Assembly (NCBI RefSeq): GCF_001194135.2
Contig: NC_068985.1
Span: forward strand, 47,715,033 to 47,764,679
Source of the DNA: Octopus bimaculoides
Taxonomy: Eukaryota
Reading direction: 5' to 3'
Length of the DNA stretch: 49,647 bases
Shown in pieces: positions 39,543 through 49,647 of the stretch. The position numbers and the translations under genes were made by a program. Position 1 is the stretch's first letter; each line of letters begins with the position of its first letter. The notes beneath the pieces are model-generated. The model searched no databases. It was not told the origin of the DNA and was given only the letters and a program-made list of their open reading frames with translations.

Positions 39543-40452
39543 TTACTCAAGCTGCTGCAGTAGTGAGAACGGAATGTTAATTTCGATAAAGTTTTCCTGC
39601 ATCGCTATCAAATTGTAATCTCTAACTCGGTCATTGTCATATTCAGCGAGGGAAATGCTTACTAAAGCATTACCTTTCACTTGCATTTGCACTTGTCTTG
39701 ATTTTCGGTGAGCTAGATTGTTCCTTATCTGTTCCGAAGCTCTTAATTGGGGACTTTTGCATGTTACTGGGCGAGCTAACGTGTCTCTCCTTTGTTCTGA
39801 AGCACTTACTTGTGGATTTCCCCGTGTTATTCGACGAGGTAGCGTATCCCAGCTCTGTTCCGACGCTCTCACTTCTGTATCACGGCGAATTCTATGAGCT
39901 TTCGTATCCTTATTCTATTGGGTTTGTCTGTATTCACTGTTAGATTGTCTCTTACTTTTTAGAGCGGCAGCTTTCCTGGTAGTTTTACCAATTCCTGATT
40001 TCCGTTTCCAGGTCATAATGGCGTGGAGCGAAGGAGAATTTAATAAAGCATTACACAGCCTTATGCATACAATCTTTATTGACAAAGTTCATAGTTGTCA
40101 TACACCGATTAAAGATGAGCCAACGCCATCACAATCATTCCTTAATAAAGCTTATGGCGTAATTCAGAGGAGAAGTAAGTTGATTTACTTCCCTTCTCTT
40201 CTTTTATTAGGAGTTATCTCCCCTTATCTTTTATGTACTTTTTTTATAAACCTATCAACTGAACCATCATCCTCAATATCCACTAAATGATCATACTTTT
40301 TCACATTTTTTTTTTGTCGCTAAAATCTTGCCTGATTACCTCCTTCGTAACCCCGAAAAGCATCGGGACCATTGGTCAATATTGGTCAAGCCGTTTGCCT
40401 GTCAGGAGGGTAGAGACAGACAGACACGGAGATTACGCCCCTTATTGTAAGA
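39543..40452 (-). mobile_element. Helitron 5' end and RepHel N-terminus, 3'-truncated
   Basis: A|TC terminus at 40452 (tcttacaataaggggcgtaatctccgtgtctgtctgtc...acggcttgaccaat). ATG at 40016 opens MTWKRKSGIGKTTRKAAALKSKRQ..., with one TAG, three 21-aa xASEQ repeats, then YDNDRVRDYNLIAM, typical of the basic, repetitive Helitron N-terminus before the Zn-binding region. Confidence 0.8.
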
Positions 40453-40454
40453 TG

Positions 40455-40556
40455 ATGATTATTATTATTATTATTATTGTTGTTGTTGTTGTTGCTGTTG
40501 CTGTTGTTATGATTATTATTATTATTATTATCATTATTATTATAATTATTATTTTG
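40455..40556. repeat. (ATT)n/(GTT)n microsatellite; (TAA)n tail of the adjacent LINE
   Basis: Read directly. Confidence 0.9.
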
Positions 40557-40990
40557 GATTTGACTCACGTTCGGTCTTTAGCCTGGTAAGATTTATGTGG
40601 GTAGCTGGTTCCTACATGTAACCTTAAGAATCAACTAGCTTTCAATAGTTTTTGAGTGCTTAGAATTCTCCTGATAATCTTTCCTGTTCCTGAGCGGCAA
40701 ACTTTCAGTAGAAGCTTTACAAGACATTCTATTCCAATCTCCTTCAACCATTTGTCCATATCTTTGCTTACAGTTCCCGATGCACCAATTATTATAGGAA
40801 CAATTTGTAGTGTTCCTATATATACAGTTTTGCCGGAGGAATAGGGTTACGTTCAACCGTCCCTGAAAGCGTATAAACTTATTTGTTTTCATTTTTTTTC
40901 CTCTCGCCTGCTTCAAAATTTGATAACAACAACGTCCAGGAATAGATTGAATGATAAGATAGCGGGGGATCATCAGGTTCAACTAAAAGC
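40557..40990 (-). mobile_element. 5'-truncated Dong-like RLE LINE 3' end with (TAA)n tail
   Basis: LDVVVIK (RPD-like), then LQIVPIIIGASGTVSKDMDKWLKEIGIECLVKLLLKVCRSGTGKIIRRILS, the canonical RLE-LINE C-terminus (VVPVVIGALG...LQK..LLGTA.I.R.VL). A short 3' UTR runs into (TAA)n. Confidence 0.85.
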
Positions 40991-41817
40991 GTGCACGAGA
41001 ACAAAAACAAAAACGACAGCAAAAATGGATACAAAACGATACCAACACGAGCAACAATAGCTGCCCAGCAACAACAACAACAAAAACAGAAGCAACAAAG
41101 GGAAAAAATGGCTGTAAAGGCTGTAGCAATAGCAATAATAATGGGGGAATCTACAACCACAACCATAGCCATAGCAAGAGCAAGAGCAATAACAAACAAT
41201 GTCGATGAAAAGGTAAGAGGTGGTGGTAGTGAGTTACGCCACGTGCAAGGAATCGCTCGTTGGGAAGGCGACGGAAAAGTCTCTCTCTCTCTCTCTCTCA
41301 CACACTCTCTCTCTTTCTCTCTCTCTCTATCCTGAAACATGAAGGACGCCCGTCTGACACAGGCGAATCAGGTCGTGAAGGTAAATGGGAGACATTCAAA
41401 AGTCACCATCCAAAACAATGTTCCTGGAGCAACCGCACGGAAGACGATGTTGTAACGCTTTATTGTCAGTTAAAACCCGACATCTTTAGGCAGCGACACA
41501 CGCTCATGTGCAATGAGCCCTGAATGTTCTGGTTCTTTTACAAAGTGACTTCAAATACTGTCGATGTCAACTTTGTATTTCAGCGTTCATGAAATAATAA
41601 ACTACACAAGTATTGGTGTCGATGTGATAGTACCCACTAACAATTCCACTCAAAATTGTTGCCCTTGAGCCCAAATTCAGGAAAATTATTGCTCACAATT
41701 TCTAAAATATTCTTTAAAATAATTATCACTAGCATTCGTCGAGAGTCAGAGCCCCACTGGTGTCATGATTATATATGACCGGTTCCAGTTAATCAGTTCA
41801 CATTATCTTAAGGAATC

Positions 41818-42030
41818 TTAAGGCGGCGACCTGCCAGAATAGTTAGCACGCCGGGCGGAATGCTTAGCGGCAATTCGTTCGTCTTTAAATTCCGCCAATA
41901 TTGACTTTGCCTTTCATCCTTTCAGAGTCGATAAAATAAATATCTGTTGAGTATTGGGGTGGATGCAATTACTTAACCCCGCCCTCGAAATTGGTGTCCT
42001 TGTACCAAACTTTGAAATCAATATTTTAGG
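41818..42030 (+). mobile_element. SINE family A copy
   Basis: aaggcggcgacctgccagaatagttagcacgccgggcggaatgcttagcggc...ttgactttgcctttcatcctttcagagtcgataaaa. Confidence 0.88.
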
Positions 42031-42350
42031 GAATATTTTGTCGTCTCAACCAAAGAGAAGTAACCTTATGAATTCAGTAAAGAGTATATCCTATTTTACC
42101 TTCGCTTCTTCTCTAAACGGTGAACCAAGTAGAGTCGTTTTAATTTTCATATTTCATTTCCGACTCCTCCAAACAGATTCTACTTAACATCTTTTATTAT
42201 GAACATTATTGAAAGAATTCACAACGGTATTGCTTTCTATCATGTACGTGTCATCTAAAAAAAATTGCATTCATTTCTTTAATATTTCTCTCCCTCTCCC
42301 CCTCTCTCTCTCTCTCCCCCCGAAATGCTTAAGGTAACAAACTATGCTAA

Positions 42351-42934
42351 AAGCATCCTGCACTAAAAAAGCTGCCATGTCATTTACCTGATGAGCAGGC
42401 TATACGATCCGGCCCGGATTCTGTCGCTGCAGCAATGGACTCCGGACCACCAATAACTAAACTGTCAGCTTATTTTCAAACAAGCAAACACGACGCAAAA
42501 GCCCGAGAGATTTTATACCCAGATTTTTCTAAATATTACACGTGGAACAATAAAACTACGTCGTGGCAAAAACGAAATCGAGGTACAAGACGTCAAAACT
42601 GATACTATCGGGCGAATCCCAGCCTTATCATGTAGTGCTCTCAATCAGAGCTGTTTCACACTTCGAATCCTCCTTCACCATATTAAAGGTGCGATTAGCT
42701 TTGATGAACTGAAGACCGTGGAGGGAAAAGTGTGTTCAAGATTTCAGGAAACTTGCATGAAAACTGGACTGATACTGGACCACCAAGAAATACACCGTGC
42801 AATGGAGGAAGCAGCCAGTATTCACTTCGGAGATTTGCTGCGCTGCTTCTTCGCCATCATGTTCATTTACTACCGGCGACCTGATCCGACGAACTTTTGG
42901 GAAGAGTGGAAAACTGATCTAGGACGAGACTTCA

Positions 42935-42969
<35 letters not shown>

Positions 42970-44121
42970 TTAAAGATCTTACTCCTCGCATTGAAAATGA
43001 AATATTGATTCGTTTGTAGGAGCGACTTTAAAGGGATGAACTTGACCTGGTTCGAGATTTCCAGCTGCCTCAACCTGAATATTACGAAACTAGTCAACTG
43101 ATGCCAAAGATTATCGCAGAAGAATGTAACTATTACACAGAGTGTCTTCGAATAGTGTCTACTGACGTCTGCAGTACTCTAAATACTGACCAAAAGCACA
43201 TCTTTGATATGGTTATATACTCAGTTTCACAACAACAGGAAAACAAAGTTTCCAACTTGAGCGCGAGTGGTGGAACTAGCAAACATATCTTATCAATGCC
43301 ATCATAGATTTTCTACGTTCGTAGAAAAATATCGTACTCGCCACAACTCTATCTGGGATAGGTGCAAGATTGCTGCACAAGAGCAGGACTTTTTATTCTC
43401 GATTCAAGCACATAACACCAGAGTATTGCTGGAATGTGTCATCACAGGATGCAACTGCGTAACTCTTGAGAATGACCAGTGTAATAATAATTGATGAAGT
43501 CAGCCAAGACGACAAGCTCATATACGAATGCTTGGATCGTTCCTTATGCGATATCAAAGTGAACAAATTCCTGTTCGGAGGAGTATTTGTTCGTTTTGTA
43601 GGCGACTGGAAGTAGGTTCTACCAGTTGTTAAACGTGGTAGCCGAGCCCAAATAGTACATCTGGAGGTCTGTGACGGAGTTGAGTCTAAAGAAAAAGAAA
43701 GGGTACGAAAATTTTCAGACGCAACTTTCGCAGCCTATTTAAGCGACATCGATTCCGGTCAGTGTTCGTTCTCTGACCCATCGAGGAATGTGATTCTAAT
43801 TAGGCCAGATTTTGCACTCGAAACGTCATCTATTTCCGAAATATACAAAATTCGTCTTTAATGATTTAGATGAAAACTACAAAATCGCATCATGGCTGTG
43901 TTCGCGAGCTGTCATCACCTCAACCAATGAAGTGGTAAACAGTATGAATGAGCACATGATTAGGAACTTACTTGGAGAAAGTCGGGAGTACTGTAGTTCG
44001 GGATACAATAAGTGACGAAAACTATCACCAGTACCCACCGGATTTCTTGAACAACTTAAATCCAACTGGATTGCCACTCCATAAAATCAAATTGAAAAAG
44101 AACTCTCCGATAATGCTCCTT
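42351..44121 (+). mobile_element. Helitron RepHel internal fragment: Rep-helicase linker and PIF1 helicase motifs I-IV, pseudogenised
   Basis: HPALKKLPCHLPDEQ..PPITKLSAYF..LYPDFSKYYTW..IGRI..LRILLHHIKGAISFDELKTVEG..; LNTDQKHIFD..SASGGTSK (Walker A remnant); FGG..VGDWK*VLPVVKRGSRAQIV; RAVITSTNEVVNSMN; YPPDFLNNLNPTGLPLHKIKLKKNSPIMLL. Multiple stops and frameshifts. Confidence 0.95.
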
Positions 44122-45239
44122 GAGTTAATAACAAACAAGATGAGGATAAATGTCCGTCAAATGTAAATGATGAAAATAATGTAAATGATGAAAATAATGT
44201 AAACAATGTACATAATTCCTCATCTCTTAAATATAGAACTGAACAACCAATTGGTAAAGAATTCTTAGCTAAGTTGTGGTGCTGCTGACAAAAATACTTT
44301 TATATTTATTGATGAGAATACGTTATTCTAAACATTCTGCGATGTTGAATAATCTTTCCATTTTTCATGTAGTTTCACACATTAGAAACAGTTCCCATTT
44401 GGAGACGGCAGTTAATCTATTTCAAATTCAAATGAAGTGAGGATTTCCGTTTAATTTTAGTATTATCCAAATATTCTCCTTCGTTACAATGTTTTCGTTA
44501 CTTATACCATAGATTGTATGGACAAACGATAGCCCCCGGTGGTCAAATCGAATTATACGCTGTTCATGTACATACAAACTCGGAGAACATTTTCCTAGCA
44601 GAATGGCAGAACATGTGAATATATGCCTCCGTCTTTAAATCACCGATGTTTATCAAGGAGAAAGACAGTTGACATGTGCCTACATAATTTGGCACTAGTG
44701 TTGTCTTAGTCATTACTGTCAGAACGGTAAGCATTTTGACCGATCCTCCAATAGTTATGCAAATTCACTGCTCAGAGTTTTGGTTGTATGGACACACTGA
44801 TCAAATTAATCTATAACTTGAAGGTCTATATTAACAAATAATTGTCTAAGAAAAATACATGCTACATCTTAAAAGTGAGATCTACATGGTGGCTCTGTCT
44901 TTTAGTGATAATAGTCAAAAATTATTCAAGCTACGCTTAACGTCTTAAAAATGGATAAGATTGTTCGGTTTAGTCTATAAGCATTAAATAATCATTTGAC
45001 TGTCAAGGATTAAGTATATTTGATTATATATTTGCTCATTCAGAATGACATAGTGCTAAACAATAGAATAACAATATCATCAAAAGAAACAACAGCAGCG
45101 GTGACAGAATACGAACTAATGCCTCTTCTAACTTCATCGGTATTCCAGTAATGTAACTAGTTTCTCGAGTAGGAACTTCTTACTCTCTCTTCCCTCACTC
45201 TCTCACTCTCTATCAATCGTTCAGTTATTTTTATTTCTA

Positions 45240-45517
45240 TGTGTGTAAATACACACACATATTCATATACACGCAGAGATATATACACATACAGACATGC
45301 AGACCGACACGCACATATGTATATACATATATATGAGTGTTTATTTGTATTTATATGCATATGTTTATCAGTCTATGTGTATATTTATAAATATATATAT
45401 ATATATGCATATAAATATATATACACACATGTTTATATATATATACATGTATACATATATATATATACATGTNNNNNNNNNNTGTATACATGTATATATA
45501 TATATATGTGTGTGTGT

Positions 45518-45556
<39 letters not shown>

Positions 45557-45714
45557 TGTGTGTGCGTATAATCTTGTCCACAAGCAAACAGTAATATACC
45601 TGAGGCATGATATGAAAACAGACACCCACAGGCTAAGACTATCTGAATGACTTCATGGACAATCTTACTAAAAATACGCGATTACACATAAACAGACGCG
45701 TATATAATACATGC

Positions 45715-45747
<33 letters not shown>

Positions 45748-45830
45748 CACATATATATATACATATATATATATACATATATATATATACATATATATAT
45801 ATACATATATATATATACATATATATATAC

Positions 45831-45875
<45 letters not shown>

Positions 45876-45962
45876 CATATATATATATACATATATATAT
45901 ACATATATATATATACATATATATATACATATATATATATACATATATGTATATATATATAT
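45240..45962. repeat. Large (TA)n/(TATACA) and (TG)n microsatellite block
   Basis: Read directly; (TA)n with periodic CA at 45714-45960. Confidence 0.95.
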
Positions 45963-46229
45963 GCGAAGTAAGCACCATAGAGAAAAATTTATACGAAGAC
46001 AAACATACACGCAGAAACATATAAATAGAAAGTTACACATAAACATATACGCCACATATTTACTAAGACATATCACCATGTGTAATTTGTTATTCGCTAG
46101 AACATTCATTAATTCTGTTAGCCGCCATGTTCATTCACTGCGACAACGTACGAATGTTATTTCAGTTTCCTTATTCAGTTTAAATACGACAACTATAAAT
46201 TAAACTCTTGGAGTTTTTCTATTAATTTC

Positions 46230-46555
46230 AGCCGCACTGCATTACAACCATCACAACATTTTACATTCGACCACCGACGTGCTACCACCGCTACTGCAAT
46301 GATAACAATAACAACAACGATAAATATCAAGGCAACAATAATAACAACTACATAAGCAATTTAAAGGAACGTAATAACTAAAACGACAACGTCTATAATA
46401 GTACAACCAATAAATACTTCTGTATTTACATTGCCATAACCCCGAAAATTACATATGGTCTACTATAAATGGCACACTTATGTTATGCTACTACCGCCAC
46501 AGTCTACCACCAGCGTCACCACCACCACCACCACTACCACTACTACTACTGATAA
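46230..46555. repeat. Cryptic (ACA/ACC/ACT)n low-complexity tract
   Basis: Read directly. Confidence 0.8.
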
Positions 46556-47773
46556 TATATGATCTGTGTCGTCACTATTAATTGAACAGCATATCAGCAA
46601 AGTTTAAATTTCTTTTTCTTTTAATCTAATATTTCGTAAGAAGTAAAAATATATCTGAATTTCATTAAAACGCATTCAACAGCACTCGCATATTTCATTG
46701 GTATGTAAACAAACATTGTACTCTCTTCCATACGCGCACTCCCCATCTCTCTCACCCTTTCTTCTACATCAACACACACAGAGACACTCACGCCCATATA
46801 CACTCAAGCTACATACCGAATTAATTAAATAAATGTTTCTCCTTTCTTAAAAATGTCTTCATTTCGTTTTCCTTTTTCGTTCAGCCAACTTCTACCTTTT
46901 TTTATTTTTTCCACAGTAGTACATCTACCATAACGCTTTATGTTTAAATCATCTTTTAAATTTATAAATCTACAAATTTATACATATTTCCAAAAATGAA
47001 AAAAAACCCACACAAAGCACACATCTACCCAATAAAATAAATTGTTAAGTAATTTGAATTGGAAAGATTCCTCCATTGTCTCTGTTGTTTACAACACATC
47101 ATATAGTGTTTTTAATTAATATTATTTTGACTTATTCCATAATGTATGTGAGTCGTTAGTTAAGTATTTGCGTTTCATGAGACGTGTTTTTTTACTCCAT
47201 TCTACGACATGTCTTCTTACTCCAGATTTTTATTAAGTTACTTTATGGAGATTCTTTAAATTTCATTTCTCACTAGTGGTAAAAGCTTTATTTCGGTGTT
47301 TGTATAATCTTTCACCGGGTTACAATATAAGCCGTAGTTCCACACTTTATTTTGTTTATTAATGTATAAGAGTTTCCATGGAGACAATTTTGACACAGAG
47401 GCAAACGTTTATTTTTTTCAGAATGATTTGACTCTAAAGAATTTGGGTGAAATACTTTAGTTCACTGGTTTGGCATTAAATACAGAAAGAAATAAAAACA
47501 ACAGCAACAACAACTACACCAACAATGCTTAGCAGCAACGAGGAATCGAAGGAATGTCTGCACGATAACTCAATATGCTAGAGAGAGAATCCAAATATCC
47601 TAAAATCGCAGCCTGTCTTCATTAAGAAAAAAAAAAAAAAAGACAATGCGGTTCTAGATGTACGAGAAGTTGGAACAGTTACAGCTGGAGAGCTTTTTAT
47701 TACAGTTAAGCTGATGTGATCCGAGCCTAGAAGAAATGTGGCCGCAGCATTATTATTATTGGTAGTAGTATAA

Positions 47774-47990
47774 TAAGGCGGCAGGCTGGCAGAATCGTTA
47801 GGACGCCGGATGAAATGCTTAACGGCATTTCTTCCGTCTTTACGTTCTGCATTCAAATTCTGGAAAGGTCGTCTTTGCCTTTCATGCTTTCGATAAATTA
47901 AGTACCAGTGAATCACTGGAGTCGATAGAATCGAACGGACTCCACCAACAAAATTCAGGGCTTGTGCCTTTAATAGAAAGGGTTATTATA
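47774..47990 (+). mobile_element. SINE family A copy
   Basis: aaggcggcaggctggcagaatcgttaggacgccggatgaaatgcttaacggcatttc...cattcaaattc...gataaattaagtaccagt. Confidence 0.88.
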
Positions 47991-48757
47991 ATCAATAGTA
48001 TTACTATTCGTACTAGTTGTTCTAGTAGTAGTAGTAGTAGTGGTAATACTAGTAGTTGTTGTTGTATCAGCAGCGGCAACAGCAACAGCAACATCAGAGA
48101 GGACGACTAAAACAAAGTAAAACATATTTGATAGATTTTAATTTAAAATTCAGGAGGGGGCACATAAAGTTTAACGTCACACTCAATGAGCCTGCCATTA
48201 CTGAACAACGCAACAACACGCACACACACACAGTCACTGACTCACTCACACACACACACGCACGCACGCACACGCGCGCACAAACACTCACATACACATA
48301 TATATGTGCATGTGTGTATATATGTATATACATGTTTGTGTATCTTCATGTATTTGCGTGTGTATGCTTGTGTGTGTGTGAGAGAGAGAAAGAGAGAGAG
48401 AAAAAGAGAGAGAAAGAGAGAGAGAAGGTATAAGGACATGCGTATTCATTCCGACTAGGCGGCCTGCGAACGTAACTCAGTCACTGCTGTCGATTGTTGT
48501 AAGATAAAGCTACGACTTGAGTGTCTCCTTGAGTTATGCCTCGGTATCTCTTACTGAGGAAGGGTAAAGAGCTAGAAACGCATCTAGGAATCTGCTAGAC
48601 GAAGATGCTGTGCAAATATGGTGGTTTTAAAACTTTTACCGTAATCCGTTATATTTTCTCTGAAATAACTGCATTGAATGTGCCTTTAGAAGTAGAATTT
48701 TGTCACAAACATATTTTGATTAGCCTAAAGTCTATATCTGTATGTAAGTATGTATGT

Positions 48758-49117
48758 TATTCAGTTTCATTTCGAGATTTCTTGTTGATAATGAAAGAAA
48801 AGTGTTTTAACCTAGATCCAAGGATTCTTCATTAGTATTTCAACGGCATCAACGTGGTATTTTTGTAGGTATATATGTATATGTGCAGATGTGTATGGTT
48901 TGTTTTATGTATGTATTCTGATGCATATAACTGGATATCTAGGCATGCTCATATATACTTAAATGATAAACTTCTGGAAAGTTTTACAGATTTTTACAGT
49001 TCCAGTGATGGATTGAATCAGTAAACTTCGAATCAGCTTCCTTTCTGGTTTTGAGAAGCCTAATTTCTCAAGATTGGTATTTAGGCAGTGTGTTACATAT
49101 CCCGGTACCACAATATC
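48758..49117 (-). mobile_element. Second 5'-truncated copy of the (TACA)n-associated RLE LINE
   Basis: DIVVPGYVTHCLNTNLEKLGFSKPERKLIRSLLIQSITGTVKICKTFQKFII*; colinear with 30315-30650; TATG-type repeats on both flanks. Confidence 0.9.
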
Positions 49118-49163
49118 TTTTTCTGTCTGTCTGTATGTCTGCCTGTATGTATGTATGCGTGTA

Positions 49164-49206
<43 letters not shown>

Positions 49207-49615
49207 TAGTTCGGACTCAATGAGGAAAATTTATTTCAAATTTTCTACTTGATACATAACAGTAGTTTAGAGGTTAATGTTCGCAATCAAGAGATCATAC
49301 AACCGCTTCTGCATAAAACCATTTCATGCATGTATCATACAAGAAAAATCCTTCCAGTCGAAACGGCCATCATATAATACTTTGGAACCTTTCAGGCTCT
49401 CTGGTGTCTATCCTAATCTCGATGTCAACTACATTGACATAATTACCCCCATGTTATACCGCCGTTAACGTTCCCTCCAACAGCATCGATCTTAATTAAT
49501 ACCTAGACAATGGGAAAGTATACAACCTAAAAATAACAACTTCACTCTGCATTAATTATTGAATAAGCTCTTATGTGTGTATGTATGTATATGTGTGAAA
49601 TATGCATGCCTATAA

Positions 49616-49647
<32 letters not shown>

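Noticed and set aside
39580-39640. RDYNLIAMQENF as a LINE AP-endonuclease motif (DIIxLQET)
   Set aside because: The upstream context (Helitron 5' terminus, basic start, repeats) fits the Helitron N-terminus better, and no other APE motifs are present.
41340-41460. MKDARLTQANQVVKVNGRHSK, resembling the LINE RT region before GVPQG
   Set aside because: It is too short and lacks the PQG and YADD motifs.
44160-44205. 18-bp tandem duplication (atgtaaatgatgaaaata x2.5) near the Helitron break
   Set aside because: An ordinary slippage duplication in AT-rich DNA; no link to the element end can be supported.
3108-45482. Nine N gaps
   Set aside because: Nearly all abut microsatellites or homopolymers, so they are short-read assembly gaps and not biological features. 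They limit confidence in nearby duplications.
20-48458. Dozens of ORFs rich in YI, CV, HT, SL, ER, poly-I or poly-L
   Set aside because: They are translations of di-, tri- and tetranucleotide microsatellites or run through N gaps; there is no coding signal.

Overview
AT-rich, microsatellite-saturated metazoan genomic DNA. The SINE families and repeat landscape look like an octopus (cephalopod) short-read assembly; this is inferred from recalled repeat consensi, not from a search. I find no confidently identifiable host protein-coding gene, rRNA, tRNA gene or CRISPR array, and almost all listed ORFs are microsatellite artefacts. The window is mostly transposon remnants. There are three Helitron pieces: a 5' end plus RepHel N-terminus with 21-aa repeats, a Rep-helicase linker plus PIF1 helicase, and a non-autonomous copy ending in the helicase C-terminus. 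There are several restriction-like-endonuclease (R4/Dong-like) LINE remnants that sit inside (TACA)n or (TAA)n microsatellites, plus Penelope and RTE fragments, a rearranged mariner, a fully palindromic 339-bp MITE and about 14 tRNA-type SINE copies or fragments. The strongest leads are microsatellite-targeting LINEs that appear to re-insert into their own tails, the Helitron family architecture and several perfect foldback structures. Weaker candidate spliced exons are also flagged.
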